Shown piece after piece: positions 10,051 to 21,642 of a stretch of DNA of 64,000 nt (positions are counted from its first letter, which is position 1; each line of letters opens with the position of its first letter). The stretch comes from an uncultured Clostridia bacterium (GTDB lineage: Bacteria; Bacillota; Clostridia; TANB77; CAG-508): NCBI GenBank assembly GCA_934149165.1, contig CAKPDY010000003.1, positions 24,228-88,227 on the forward strand, written 5' to 3'. Both the position numbers and the translations under genes were made by a program. The notes under the pieces are model-generated. The model worked only from the letters and a program-made list of their open reading frames with translations, was not told where the DNA came from and did no database searches.

Positions 10051-10668
10051 TTATTCAATTACAATTTGGTCTTTTGATGATAAATATGCATTTGTTTTAA
10101 CAAATCCAGACTTAAATTCATTTTTTTCACATTCTTTAACAACGTTTGAAATTCTTATTTGAGTTGCTTCAATAGCTCCTGCTGAAATTATTGCTTCCTT
10201 GTTTCCTTTTGCACCAGCATGTGCAAGCCCTCTTAAATTTCCTAATACTACAATATTTTCTCCTGCTATTACTTCTGCTCCACAGTTTACATCACCAAGC
10301 ACAACTATACTTCCTTCAAATTCTACTTTTTGCCCTGATCTTAATGATGATCTAATAAACTTTGTATCTGATGTTGCAATTTCTTTTTTAAATGGCTTAC
10401 GTATACCATATAAACCTAATCTTTTTGAACAACCAAATTCAACATCAACATCAAAATATTTATCTACTATTTTCTGAATTTGATATATATCTCTATTTTT
10501 AAATTCCTTTCCTAGAACTGAAATTTGTGGCTCTATTTCATTATATACACTTTTCAATTCAGGCATTTTCTTTCTTAAAGTTGCAAGAAAAACTTTTTCT
10601 TCAACATCTTGATGTACTTTTATTGTTATTTGCTTTTTCTTTAGATTAAAACCTATTCCATTATTCAT
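10051..10668 (-). CDS. minC: Septum site-determining protein MinC
   Basis: C-terminal beta-helix signature GSIVVLGDVNCGAEVIAGENIVVLGNLRGLAHAGAKGN. Confidence 0.85.
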   Translation of the reverse strand: MNNGIGFNLKKKQITIKVHQDVEEKVFLATLRKKMPELKSVYNEIEPQISVLGKEFKNRDIYQIQKIVDKYFDVDVEFGCSKRLGLYGIRKPFKKEIATSDTKFIRSSLRSGQKVEFEGSIVVLGDVNCGAEVIAGENIVVLGNLRGLAHAGAKGNKEAIISAGAIEATQIRISNVVKECEKNEFKSGFVKTNAYLSSKDQIVIE

Positions 10669-10699
10669 ATATTCTTCATCCTTTCGTACATTTGCATTA

Positions 10700-12790
10700 C
10701 TATCTTGTTATTTGTACGCTTGGTACAGCTTGTTGTGATTCTGTAATTTCACCTGAATTCATTCCAAAATATTCTGCAAAAATATCTCTTGCAACTTCTG
10801 CTGTATATCCACCATGTGTAACATTTTCAACAACAACTACTACTGCAATTTCTGGATTATCATATGGAGCAAATCCAGCAAACCATCCATTTGTTTTATT
10901 TCCTGCTTGTGCTGTACCAGTTTTACCTGCAACTTCAATATTAAATTTAGAGAAAGTTGAATATGCAGTACCTCCTGATTCACTTGTAACACCTTTCATT
11001 CCTTCTAAAATAGCTTTTAAATTATCTTGTGAAATATTTAAATCTTGTGTATTGTCATCAGATGTAAGATTTAACTTCTTGTTAACATATTCATCAATTT
11101 CTTGTTTTGACATTTCATTTCCATTACTATCTATTACTGTTTTAATTAAAGATACGTCTATATTTTTTCCACCATTTGCTAGCATACTAATATATTTTGC
11201 CATTTGTATTGGTGTAAAATTATTATAACTTTGACCTATTGAAGCAGACAAAGTTTCACCTAAATACCATGTTCTTTTTTCCTCATCTGCTCTTTTTTTA
11301 CTTGCAACAACACCTGATGATTCACTAGGTAATTCTATATTAGTTTTTTTACCTAAACCAAAATATTGTGCATATTTTTCTAAAGTTTCTATTCCTATTC
11401 TATTTCCAACTTCATAGAAAAAATAATTGCATGAATGTTTTATAGCTTGTGATACATTTAAAAAACCATGTCCTCTACGATATTCTGTATAATACCAACA
11501 AACTGGTTTATGTGCATATGGATACACACCTGTATCATTTATTGTTGTTTTGGTATTTATAACTCCTGTTTCCAATCCCGCAATAGCTGTAACCATTTTA
11601 AAAATTGAGCCTGGTGCATATGTTCCACTAATTGCTCTATTGTATAATGCTGAACCTTTTGTATATTCTTCATATTTTTCATTACTTATTCCATTTACAA
11701 ATAATTGTGGCTCATAATCTGGATAACTTGCCATTGCAAGTACCTCACCTGTTTTAACATTCATAACAACAACAGCACCTGCATTTGCATCACTTCTTGA
11801 TGAAAATCCACCAGTTGAAATTTTAGTTATATTGTCTTTTAATGCTTTTTCTGTAATAGCCTGAACATTTGAATCTATTGTTAATACAACATCTGAACCA
11901 GCAATAGCTTCTTTAGCAATATATTCACCTGTAACAGTTCCATCTATGTCCATATCAATTTGCCTTATTCCATTTTTCCCTTTTAATAAATCTTCAAATA
12001 CATATTGAATTCCTGTTTTTCCAATTATGTCATTCATATTATATGTATCTTCTTTTCCATTTAACTCTTCTTGTTTAATTTTACCAACAGTTCCTAAAAT
12101 ATGTGATGCTAAACTTCCAGACATATATGAAATTACTGGTTCTGTTACTATATCTATTCCAGCAAAATTAGCATTTTTTTCACTTAATTCCATAGCACTC
12201 TCTCTACTCATATTTTTACATATTTGAATAGCTTTTGTATTACTATATCCGTTTTGTGCTATTTCATATCTAATAGCCATAATTTTTCTTGTTTCTAAAA
12301 CATTATCATTTTTTATTTCATACTTTTCTTTTAATTTTTGAAAACATTCTTCTGGTGTTGCATTTATATCTATTTTATTCTTTTCTTTCCAACTCTTTAT
12401 ATCTTCTTCACTTTCTAATTTAAATTCAAATGGTTGAACAGTAATTGGTAAATTATCTGAATATGTATCTCCATTTTTTTCAAGAATATTTACTATATTT
12501 AAAATTGTATTATTCAGTGTTTGATTATCTACTTTTGTTTTATATAAATCTAATCTAAATCCCATTGAATTTGAAACAATCACACTTCCTGTTCTGTCCA
12601 AAATTCTACCTCTTGCTGCTTGTAGAACTGATTCTCTTGTTAACCTAGTGTTAGATTGTTTTCTATATTCTTGTCCTTTGACTATTTGAAGATTGAATAA
12701 TTGGGCAATTAGAACAATTCCAACTATGTAAACAAACATTGAAAGAATATTAAATTTCACCTTTCCATTTTTCTTTTCCGAATTTTCCAT
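10700..12790 (-). CDS. mrdA: Penicillin-binding protein 2 (elongation transpeptidase)
   Basis: N-terminal TM anchor and transpeptidase motifs SIFK, SCN, KTGT. Follows mreD. Confidence 0.85.
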   Translation of the reverse strand: MENSEKKNGKVKFNILSMFVYIVGIVLIAQLFNLQIVKGQEYRKQSNTRLTRESVLQAARGRILDRTGSVIVSNSMGFRLDLYKTKVDNQTLNNTILNIVNILEKNGDTYSDNLPITVQPFEFKLESEEDIKSWKEKNKIDINATPEECFQKLKEKYEIKNDNVLETRKIMAIRYEIAQNGYSNTKAIQICKNMSRESAMELSEKNANFAGIDIVTEPVISYMSGSLASHILGTVGKIKQEELNGKEDTYNMNDIIGKTGIQYVFEDLLKGKNGIRQIDMDIDGTVTGEYIAKEAIAGSDVVLTIDSNVQAITEKALKDNITKISTGGFSSRSDANAGAVVVMNVKTGEVLAMASYPDYEPQLFVNGISNEKYEEYTKGSALYNRAISGTYAPGSIFKMVTAIAGLETGVINTKTTINDTGVYPYAHKPVCWYYTEYRRGHGFLNVSQAIKHSCNYFFYEVGNRIGIETLEKYAQYFGLGKKTNIELPSESSGVVASKKRADEEKRTWYLGETLSASIGQSYNNFTPIQMAKYISMLANGGKNIDVSLIKTVIDSNGNEMSKQEIDEYVNKKLNLTSDDNTQDLNISQDNLKAILEGMKGVTSESGGTAYSTFSKFNIEVAGKTGTAQAGNKTNGWFAGFAPYDNPEIAVVVVVENVTHGGYTAEVARDIFAEYFGMNSGEITESQQAVPSVQITR

Positions 12791-12846
12791 TTTTCAGTCC
12801 TCTTTTCATACTAACATGTATTATATTTATAATTAATAACTATATT

Positions 12847-13389
12847 TTAAAAATATCTTGTTAAAAACTTTTTCTTTTTAAAAGTATCTTCTAAAAAACT
12901 GCCTGTACTTTTAATTAGTGGATAAATTATAATTGTTAACAATACATTAAAAATTATTTCTATTAAAAGTATTCGTATAAAACCTAATATTTGAGCAGAT
13001 ACATTATATCTTGCACATGAATATATGTATGAAATAGTTTCAAATATAATCGTACTTCCTGTTACCATTAATAAAATTGTAATTTTGCTATCTTTTGAAA
13101 AATTTTTGTCTAAATATCCTCCTAAAAAACCTATTAATGCAAATGCAATTGCTGAAATTCCAACTTGTTTGCTTGTTAAAACATCCAAATAAATTCCTAA
13201 AATAATTCCCAATGGAATAGCAACCTTTTTTCCTATAAATAAACCAATACATAATATTAAAATTATAAATAAATTAGGCTTTATTCCTGAAATATTAAAC
13301 CAGTTAAAAAAATTTATTTGTAAAAAATAAATTATAAAAAAAACTATTATTATTCCTATGATTGACACAAACTTTTTCAGAATTTTCAC
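12847..13389 (-). CDS. mreD: Rod shape-determining protein MreD
   Basis: Polytopic 180-aa membrane protein directly after mreC. Confidence 0.8.
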   Translation of the reverse strand: MKILKKFVSIIGIIIVFFIIYFLQINFFNWFNISGIKPNLFIILILCIGLFIGKKVAIPLGIILGIYLDVLTSKQVGISAIAFALIGFLGGYLDKNFSKDSKITILLMVTGSTIIFETISYIYSCARYNVSAQILGFIRILLIEIIFNVLLTIIIYPLIKSTGSFLEDTFKKKKFLTRYF

Positions 13390-13436
13390 CTCTACTTCTA
13401 TAATTTTATATTCATAATATAAATTTCAAAATTCAT

Positions 13437-14252
13437 CTAATTTGTAATTACTAAAACTGTTTCTAATTTTGAAAAATCAACTGCAGTTTCAACAATTGCA
13501 TATCTATCTGTAACATTTTTAGTATTTACTACTTTTTTTATAGTTCCAATATTAATTCCTTTTGGATATATTCCTCCAATACCTGAAGTTTCCACACAAT
13601 CTCCTTCTAAAATATTTACTTCTGTTGGTATAAAAGAAGCTTTTAATTCATTACTTGAATCTATAATTCCTTTTGCAATAATACTATCTCTTGTTGTGCT
13701 TATTTTACTACTAACAGTACTTGATGTATCAATAATTGTTTGAACTTTTGCAGTATTATCTGTAACCGAAATTACATGTCCTACCAATCCTTTATCTGAA
13801 ATTACTGGCATATTAACATCTATTCCATCTTTCTTTCCCGCATTTATAATAATTATTTTACTATAATTACTAATATCAGATTGTATAACATAAGCAGGAT
13901 GTGTTGTATATTCATTATATTTATCTGTTAAATTTACATATTCTTTTAATGTAGTATTTTCAGCTTTTAAAATCTCTAATTCTCTTAATGATTGTTCTAA
14001 TTCACTATTTTTCTTTTTTAACAATTCATTTTCTTGTTTCATTTCCTCAACATTTGTAAAAAAGGAATCATTTCCAGCAACTTTATTTTTTAAAAATACC
14101 ATACCATTTTGTATACCATTAACAAAAGAAGTAAATGGATTTGCTAATTCTGACCATGTTTCTGCTTTAGAATTAGATATAACAACTAAAAATATTAAAA
14201 TTAAACTTGTTATTATTATTCCAATAACTGTATTTTTTTTATTTTTATTCAT
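13437..14252 (-). CDS. mreC: Rod shape-determining protein MreC
   Basis: Start trimmed to MNKNKKNTVIG (ATG ending at 14252, GGAG RBS). TM anchor, coiled coil (ENELLKKKNSELEQSLRELE) and a beta-barrel C-terminus. Confidence 0.85.
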   Translation of the reverse strand: MNKNKKNTVIGIIITSLILIFLVVISNSKAETWSELANPFTSFVNGIQNGMVFLKNKVAGNDSFFTNVEEMKQENELLKKKNSELEQSLRELEILKAENTTLKEYVNLTDKYNEYTTHPAYVIQSDISNYSKIIIINAGKKDGIDVNMPVISDKGLVGHVISVTDNTAKVQTIIDTSSTVSSKISTTRDSIIAKGIIDSSNELKASFIPTEVNILEGDCVETSGIGGIYPKGINIGTIKKVVNTKNVTDRYAIVETAVDFSKLETVLVITN

Positions 14253-14352
14253 TTTAGCTCCATTTCTTTCACACTTTTTAGCAATATGAAAACTTTTTCG
14301 CATTATATTATTTAAATGTAATTTAGATGCTATATTTTAGCATTATATAACA

Positions 14353-16191
<1,839 letters not shown>

Positions 16192-16231
16192 TTTTCTCCT
16201 TTCCCCCAGAAATATATTATATTAGTTATAT

Positions 16232-16489
16232 TTAAACTTTTCTATAAATAAAAATTGCAATAGCCATTCCTATTATACTTGCAATATTTATTTTTAACAT
16301 TAATGAAAAAGTTAATTTTACAATATGTAAATCTAATTGTAAAGGGTCTGATAATCCAAAACTTTCTCCATAAGATAACCACCATAAAAAGTCTACCTTT
16401 GAAGCAATTTCTCCTAGTAATCCCCCTATTACTAAACCTGATAATATGAATACTATTAATATCCATATATTTTTATCTCTTGTAGCCAT
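16232..16489 (-). CDS. DUF4321-like small membrane protein
   Basis: 85 aa with two TM helices. The sequence pattern and the position next to radC/mreB match the DUF4321 family as I remember it. Confidence 0.65.
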   Translation of the reverse strand: MATRDKNIWILIVFILSGLVIGGLLGEIASKVDFLWWLSYGESFGLSDPLQLDLHIVKLTFSLMLKINIASIIGMAIAIFIYRKV

Positions 16490-16585
16490 AAGTTTTCCTC
16501 CTTTTCCATTTTGGAAATTGTTTTCTTACCATGGTATTATATATTGAAATATAGATTTTTTCAATATATTTCATGTGTTTTTTAC

Positions 16586-16628
16586 AAAAAAATAAGTATT
16601 CCTTAATTTAATAAAGAATACTTATTTT
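16586..16628 (-). terminator. Terminator after the adhesin gene
   Basis: 13-bp stem (16589-16601 / 16616-16628) followed by a T run on the minus strand. Confidence 0.55.
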
Positions 16629-16643
16629 CTAATTTAGATAAAA

Positions 16644-19600
16644 TTATTTTAAAATATTTTTCTTAATAACAATTACACCTAATGAAATTATAGCTAAAAC
16701 TCCTGCTACAATACTTGCATAAATTATATTTGAACTTCCTGTTCTAATTGATAACATTACTGGTGCATCATCAATATCATCTTCATCAGGAACTTTATTA
16801 TTTGGTGTTGAATCTATATCTGGTGTTCCATAGTCATTATAATCTTCACTAATTTCTGCAATATTTGTTTTTAAACCTAAATTATCAGCTCCATTAATCC
16901 ATGTTAATATTACTGTTACATCTGCTGTTTCTCCTGGTTGTAATAATGTATTTTCTAATGCTCTTGTTACGATTTTTCCATCTGTTTCTCTCCATTGTGG
17001 GTTATCAGATGCTACAAATTTTAATCCTTGTGGTATATAATCTGAAATTTCTTTAGCATAACCTGCAATATCACCTTCGTTTGTTATACGAATTTTATAC
17101 TCAAATTTTACCTCAACATTATTTAAACTTGTATTTTTTAAATCTACTTTTACAACTGGTTCTGGATTTTCATATCCTGTATGACCTGTTTCAGTTACTG
17201 TTTTTTGTCCATTTTCATAAACAATTGCTTTTGTAACCCATTTTAATAATGATAAATCAAAATATCTTAATTTAATTTTTTCAATGTCTTGGTCATCATC
17301 TGTTTCTATCCATTCATTTGGTGTAGAATCTCTATCTTTTATTTTATCTCCATTTGAATCTTCATGTTCTGTAATTTGTGCATAATTTATTAGAATTCTA
17401 TCTGATGTTTTTGCTTCTACAACTTTGAAAGAAACTTTTACATCTCTATAATCTAATTCTTTCATAGTTTTTGGATCAAATGCTTTTATTAGATTATTTT
17501 CACCATTTTCTTTAGATAAATAATCTGTAACAATTAAATCTGCTTCTTTTACATCATCAGTTACAATATATTTTTCATTATTATATGTAATAACATTTTC
17601 TTTGATGAATGCTTCAATAGGTTGAGTTACTTTTTTATAAATTTTCCATCCATATTTAGCATTTGTATTTGTCGCTTTACCGTCTTTGTCATATGTTCCT
17701 GGAACAAATTCTAAACCTTCTGGTATATCATCCATAATTTTTGTTGCATATCCTGAAACTTCACCTTCATTATAAACACGAATAGTATAAGTAACTATAT
17801 CTGAAGAATTTACATCTAATGGATCTTTTGGATGATTATATGTTGCTGTTTTTGATTCTCCAGTTGCTAATTTTGATGTGTCAACTTTTGGAATTCTACT
17901 TGTTATTTCTTTATCATTTATTTGTGTAATAAACTTACGTAATGATAAATCAAATTCTTTTCTATTATTTGGTACAGTTATTATAATAGTATTTTTATTT
18001 TCATTAACTTGTAACTCTACATTTTTTCCATCAACTTTAGTATTTTGGCTATCTATTACAAAGTTTTTACCTTCCATTTTAGTATGAACTGTTAATTTAA
18101 TTTGGTCATTATATTTGTTATATCCTTCTGGTGCTTCTACTTCATAAATATTATAATCATCAACTTGTTTGTCTGTTTTTATTTGTTTTCCACTTATTAA
18201 AGTAACTTCACCATTACTATCTGTTGGACCCTTTTTAACAGGTAATGCTTTTTCGCTAGTTTGACTTATTGTAAAATATGCACCTGCTAATGTTTTAGAT
18301 TTATCTTCAGCATCAACTTTTTTAATTATTACATTATATTTTCCTGTTAAAACTTCTACTGTTTCAAAATCATCATCATCTTGTGTTCCTGGATAATAAT
18401 TTTTATCAACTACTTCTTGTTTTGTTTCTTCACCAATATATCTACTTTCTTTAGCATTTTCATACCATGTATCAAGATTTAATTCATCTTTTATTGTGTT
18501 TTGAACTGAATCCCTATCAACATTTTTTATGGCTTTAGCTTCATTCCAAACTATTTCACCATTTTTATTTTTACTTTCATACCCATAATTTGTTATTTCT
18601 GCTCTGTTTGTAATATATACTTTTTCAGTATTTTCAACTTTGCATATCATTTTCATTTCTTGGTAATATTCATTAGTTACATTAACTTTTTTACCAATAA
18701 AATCTCTTAATGTCTTAATTACTGTATTCCCACTATAATTAATAACCACTATTTTACTTCCAGCTTTTGAATCTGTTGTATATTCTTTAGCTGTATCTTC
18801 TGATAATTTTACAAAAGATAATCCTTCTGGTAAATAATCTGTTACTTGTTTTGCATAACCTAAAATTTCACCTTCATTATATACTCTTATTGTATATTCA
18901 ACTTCATCTCCAACATTTACAACTATGCTTTTCTTTGTATGATAATATGAAGCTGTTCCTGTTTTTTCTAACATTTTAATAGAATTTTCATTAATAACAG
19001 GTTCTCTGCTTGGTTCAACTTTATTACCATTTATTTTAGATATAAATTTACGTAATGATAAATCAAATTCTTTTTGAGTATTAACAACAAAAACTGTTAT
19101 TTTTGTTTTATCTTGTGAAACCTCTACTCTTGTTTTGTCTTTAAATCCTTCTGATTTAACTTTGCTTTCATCTATTATAAATTTATTTCCTTCTAATTTA
19201 AATCCTACTGATAATTTTAATGTTCCATCAAATTCTCTAAAACCATCTGGTGCCTTTGTTTCAACTATTTCATAGTTATCAACTTGTTCTACTTTTTCAA
19301 TATTTTTACTTTGAGCAATATTTAAAATACCATTTGTTGTATTTTTTGTTTCTCCATTTATTTTAAATTCTGCTTCTGAAGATGTTATTACTGTTGTTCC
19401 ATCTTCTTTTACTTTTCTTAATTCAACAGTATAAGTTCCAGTTTTTCTTTCTGTATTAACAACAAAAACTGTTATTTTTGTTTTATCTTGTGAAACTTCT
19501 ACTCTTGTTTTGTCTTTAAATCCTTCTGATTTAACTTTGCTTTCATCTATTATAAATTTACTTCCTTCTAATTTAAATCCTACTGATAATTTTAATGTTC

Positions 19601-21347
19601 CATCAAATTTTTCAAAACCATCTGGTGCCTTTGTTTCATTTATTTCATAGTTATCAACTTGTTCTACTTTTTCAATATTTTTACTTTGAGCAATATTTAA
19701 AATACCATTTGTTGTATTTTTTGTTTCTCCATTTATTTTAAATTCTGCTTCTGAAGATGTTATTACTGTTGTTCCATCTTCTTTTACTTTTCTTAATTCA
19801 ACAGTATAAGTTCCAGCTTTTCTTTCTGTATTAACAACAAAAACTGTTATTTTTGTCTTGTCTTGTGAAACTTCTACTCTTGTTTTGTCTTTAAATCCTT
19901 CTGATTTAACTTTGCTTTCATCTATTACGAAATTATCACCATCTTTTTTGAAGCCTAATGATAAGTTTAATGTTCCTTCAAATTTTTCAAATCCTTCTGG
20001 TGCTTTTGTTTCAATTATTTCGTATGAATTTGTTTGTTGTTCATTTTCAATTTTTTGATTTTGAGCAATACTTAAAATACCTTTTGATGTATTTTTTATT
20101 TCTCCATTTATTTTAAATTCTGCTTCTGAAGATGTTATTACTGTTGTTCCATCTTCTTTTACTTTTTTTAGTTCAACAGTAAATGTACCTGTTGGTGTTT
20201 TAACTTTTATTTCTTTCTCATCAGTTGCACTTGTAACTCCAACTGTTTTTTCAACTGATAAAATATTTTGCTTTGTTCCACCATCTAATACATACCCTGT
20301 TGTTGAAACATTGTTTAATACATAATTTATTTTCAAATTAACTTTTTTAGCATCTTGATATGAATTTAAATTTATATAAAAACTACCGTCTGCATTTTTT
20401 GTTATAATTTCTGCTCCTGCATTAACAGTTGTATCATCTGATTTAGTTATTGTAATCTCTATAGGATATGATGCATTTCCTAAATCTCCAAAACTATATG
20501 ATGTTAATTTTGTTCCATTTGATTCTAAATAATATGGTCCAACTTGATGATTATTTTCATCAAAATTTGCTCCAGATTTATTTAAGCTTACTGTGTTTGC
20601 TGAAGTTGAAGCATTGTTATCTGCCAATACACCTAATGCATAAAACAAATATTTTAATGTTATTTGTTCATCATTGCTTAAACTTGCTCCATCTAAATAT
20701 TGTGATGGATTTTTTTCATATGCATCTAATGCTTTTGTATTAAGATTTTTTGTATATTTCCATAATGCAAATTGTTCTATTGTTTCTATTGCATTTACTG
20801 TTGCAGTTTTTCCTATTGTTTTATTTCTTAAGTTATAAATTTTTTGTACTGTTACTCCAGAATAGTCCACACCAGTTTTTGCTTTAACTTTTTGTTTAAC
20901 AGAATCTGTTGTTGCTATATTTGCTAAATTCATTATAGCTACTTGTTTTGCAGTTTCATTATCTAATCCATTTTGTCCTGTTATTGTTGTAATATACATG
21001 TTGTTTATTATCCACATTGCTTTGTTATAATCTGAAAAATAATTACCTGCTTTTGATAATTCTATTGGTGAGCTAAATGTTGAATAACTTAAATCTTCTC
21101 CTGATTCAATACAATATAGCTTATCATAGCCTGTGGCTTTTCCTTCCTTTACAATTGAATAAACTTGTTGTCCACCAACTGTAATACCTGTTTTGTTTGC
21201 TTTTACAGTTACTTGTTGACTAACATTTCCTGCTTTGTTTTTTGGCATAAATATTATACCTGCTGCTATAGCTGCTATTAATATAGCTACCATAACTACT
21301 TTAAATTTTGCACTTTTTAATAATAAAGACATTTTAAATTTAAACAT
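16644..21347 (-). CDS. Cell-wall-anchored multidomain adhesin: signal peptide, putative thioester domain, 3 tandem Cna-B/SpaA-like repeats, DUF11-like repeats, LPXTG-like anchor
   Basis: Signal/TM at the N-terminus. LYCIESG (Cys79) and EQFALW (Gln192) resemble the thioester-domain motifs. Three 125-aa repeats GTYTVELRKVKEDGTT.... Repeated FDLSLRKFI...YTIRVYNEGE..GYA modules with D.DSTPN motifs. The C-terminus is LSIRTG + hydrophobic helix + KKNILK. Confidence 0.85.
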   Translation of the reverse strand: MFKFKMSLLLKSAKFKVVMVAILIAAIAAGIIFMPKNKAGNVSQQVTVKANKTGITVGGQQVYSIVKEGKATGYDKLYCIESGEDLSYSTFSSPIELSKAGNYFSDYNKAMWIINNMYITTITGQNGLDNETAKQVAIMNLANIATTDSVKQKVKAKTGVDYSGVTVQKIYNLRNKTIGKTATVNAIETIEQFALWKYTKNLNTKALDAYEKNPSQYLDGASLSNDEQITLKYLFYALGVLADNNASTSANTVSLNKSGANFDENNHQVGPYYLESNGTKLTSYSFGDLGNASYPIEITITKSDDTTVNAGAEIITKNADGSFYINLNSYQDAKKVNLKINYVLNNVSTTGYVLDGGTKQNILSVEKTVGVTSATDEKEIKVKTPTGTFTVELKKVKEDGTTVITSSEAEFKINGEIKNTSKGILSIAQNQKIENEQQTNSYEIIETKAPEGFEKFEGTLNLSLGFKKDGDNFVIDESKVKSEGFKDKTRVEVSQDKTKITVFVVNTERKAGTYTVELRKVKEDGTTVITSSEAEFKINGETKNTTNGILNIAQSKNIEKVEQVDNYEINETKAPDGFEKFDGTLKLSVGFKLEGSKFIIDESKVKSEGFKDKTRVEVSQDKTKITVFVVNTERKTGTYTVELRKVKEDGTTVITSSEAEFKINGETKNTTNGILNIAQSKNIEKVEQVDNYEIVETKAPDGFREFDGTLKLSVGFKLEGNKFIIDESKVKSEGFKDKTRVEVSQDKTKITVFVVNTQKEFDLSLRKFISKINGNKVEPSREPVINENSIKMLEKTGTASYYHTKKSIVVNVGDEVEYTIRVYNEGEILGYAKQVTDYLPEGLSFVKLSEDTAKEYTTDSKAGSKIVVINYSGNTVIKTLRDFIGKKVNVTNEYYQEMKMICKVENTEKVYITNRAEITNYGYESKNKNGEIVWNEAKAIKNVDRDSVQNTIKDELNLDTWYENAKESRYIGEETKQEVVDKNYYPGTQDDDDFETVEVLTGKYNVIIKKVDAEDKSKTLAGAYFTISQTSEKALPVKKGPTDSNGEVTLISGKQIKTDKQVDDYNIYEVEAPEGYNKYNDQIKLTVHTKMEGKNFVIDSQNTKVDGKNVELQVNENKNTIIITVPNNRKEFDLSLRKFITQINDKEITSRIPKVDTSKLATGESKTATYNHPKDPLDVNSSDIVTYTIRVYNEGEVSGYATKIMDDIPEGLEFVPGTYDKDGKATNTNAKYGWKIYKKVTQPIEAFIKENVITYNNEKYIVTDDVKEADLIVTDYLSKENGENNLIKAFDPKTMKELDYRDVKVSFKVVEAKTSDRILINYAQITEHEDSNGDKIKDRDSTPNEWIETDDDQDIEKIKLRYFDLSLLKWVTKAIVYENGQKTVTETGHTGYENPEPVVKVDLKNTSLNNVEVKFEYKIRITNEGDIAGYAKEISDYIPQGLKFVASDNPQWRETDGKIVTRALENTLLQPGETADVTVILTWINGADNLGLKTNIAEISEDYNDYGTPDIDSTPNNKVPDEDDIDDAPVMLSIRTGSSNIIYASIVAGVLAIISLGVIVIKKNILK
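19074..20189 (-). repeat. Three tandem 375-bp (125-codon) repeats inside the adhesin gene
   Basis: Protein residues 387-511, 512-636 and 637-~760. Copies 2 and 3 differ at only a few residues and their DNA is visibly near-identical. Copy 1 is more diverged. Confidence 0.9.
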
Positions 21348-21509
21348 ATTTTACATCCTCCCATTTTTATAAACTTTTGTGCTATTTTTAAATATATTAT
21401 AAAAAGTTTAAAAACATACACAAAATAATTGGTATGCCTTGCTTTTTATTTTATCTTATGTGTACATGGGTATGTATTCCAAATTTTTACAATTACAAAA
21501 TACTCTATT

Positions 21510-21538
21510 ATTATAGCACAAATTATGCCAAAATGCAA
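21510..21538 (-). promoter_or_regulatory. Sigma-A-type promoter for the adhesin gene
   Basis: Minus strand TTGCAT-17 nt-TATAAT. Leaves a 5' UTR of about 150-160 nt. Confidence 0.5.
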
Positions 21539-21590
21539 CTTTTATATGACTGTTTTTCTTATTTTTTTAACGTTTTTCTATTAATACATA

Positions 21591-21628
21591 AAAAAAACAG
21601 AAAATTTTTCATATTTTCTGCTTTTTTT
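21591..21628. terminator. Terminator after cysteine synthase gene
   Basis: CAGAAAAT-loop-ATTTTCTG flanked by an A7 run on one side and a T7 run on the other. Confidence 0.65.
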
Positions 21629-21642
21629 ATATATAAATTCAT

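Noticed and set aside
10692-11228. 178-aa plus-strand ORF, together with the many 60-125-aa plus-strand ORFs in the track (e.g. 804..986, 2681..2866, 6521..6718, 8509..8739, 10199..10477, 34398..34727, 36440..36778, 61213..61587)
   Set aside because: All lie antisense inside well-supported minus-strand genes. Their composition is Leu/Phe/Ile/Ser-rich, typical of antisense frames in AT-rich DNA. They lack RBSs.
16242-16466. 74-aa ORF overlapping the DUF4321-like gene on the same strand in another frame
   Set aside because: It is fully nested in a gene with a recognisable two-TM family pattern. The alternative frame is basic and low-complexity, with no RBS.
21348-21509. Possible c-di-GMP or other riboswitch in the 5' UTR of the adhesin gene (about 150-160 nt)
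   Set aside because: I found none of the conserved GEMM-I/II core sequences. The region is almost pure AT. The long UTR is recorded only in the promoter feature.
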